Below are positions 63,795 through 64,000 of a DNA stretch of 64,000 nucleotides, piece by piece. A program made the position numbers and the translations under genes. The notes below the pieces were generated by a model. It was given only the letters and a program-made list of their open reading frames with translations, was not told where the DNA came from and did no database searches. The stretch's first letter is position 1; each line of letters begins with the position of its first letter. The DNA comes from Eubacteriales bacterium (GTDB lineage: Bacteria; Bacillota; Clostridia; Oscillospirales; CAG-272): NCBI GenBank assembly GCA_045632405.1, contig JAZQWO010000018.1, positions 4,832-68,831 on the forward strand. Reading direction: 5' to 3'.

Positions 63795-64000
63795 TTATTT
63801 CTTCTCGTCGTAATCGGAAAGATCAATTTCGGGCATTACAACGTCGTTACCTGATGCGTATGAGCATCTGAGCGAAAGATTTAGCAGCTTATTGCTTGAA
63901 AATTCATATACAACGGATGCTTTCACGGGCTTAAGGTCGGAGTTGACAACCAATTCAAGACGAACGTCGGTAATGTTGTCCATATTTACATATTGCTCGA
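63795..64000 (-). CDS. C-terminal part of an unknown protein; the frame stays open to the window edge
   Basis: No stop between the ATG at 63983 and position 64000 on the minus strand, and no RBS before that ATG. Confidence 0.35.
   Translation of the reverse strand, partial: EQYVNMDNITDVRLELVVNSDLKPVKASVVYEFSSNKLLNLSLRCSYASGNDVVMPEIDLSDYDEKK

Overview
This 64-kb chromosomal window comes from a moderate-GC Firmicute. Gene content points to a gut or rumen Clostridia anaerobe: an EndoA-type MazF, a YdjI/YdjG-like pair, BspA-like LRR surface proteins, iorAB-paaK, and many consensus sigma-A promoters of the form TTGACA-17-TATAAT. I support about 70 CDS, one RNA gene (RNase P RNA, minus strand, about 32380-32747), no tRNA or rRNA, no CRISPR array, and no transposase or phage genes.

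Gene blocks, in order:
- Glycan utilisation: a GH38 fragment, GH3, two SGNH esterases, GH43, a GH78-like enzyme and a DUF4886 protein.
- An SPFH/zinc-ribbon membrane-stress-like trio.
- An 8-gene aryl-acid/aromatic amino acid operon: SSS transporter, 2x PaaK, IorAB, ACT, amidohydrolase, aminotransferase.
- Central metabolism: icd, pgk, tpiA, uppP, ptsH-ptsI-EIIA.
- yceD-rpmF.
- An amino acid ABC transporter operon with dut and Nudix genes.
- Several secreted LRR proteins.

Main points from the hunt:
1. An AT-rich, self-contained two-gene module at 8117-11020. It encodes a 747-aa protein with an intact RNase III catalytic domain plus a stand-alone Smr-domain protein. It looks like an undescribed nuclease (defence-like) system.
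2. A consensus promoter, then a 16-codon ORF of which 10 codons are Phe/Tyr ([16 protein letters not shown]), then an intrinsic terminator, all upstream of the aryl-acid/aromatic amino acid operon. This is a candidate leader-peptide attenuator.
3. Several families of structured intergenic repeats whose copies differ by compensatory stem substitutions. Two unrelated genes are framed by the same 5' and 3' elements, giving a cassette-like layout.
4. A roughly 45-nt duplication of the rnpB 3' end bracketing a small insert.
5. An orphan, C-terminally extended MazF.

All product calls rest on motifs I recognise by eye. No database search, folding or statistics was run. Start codons were re-chosen where an RBS supports a different start from the ORF track.
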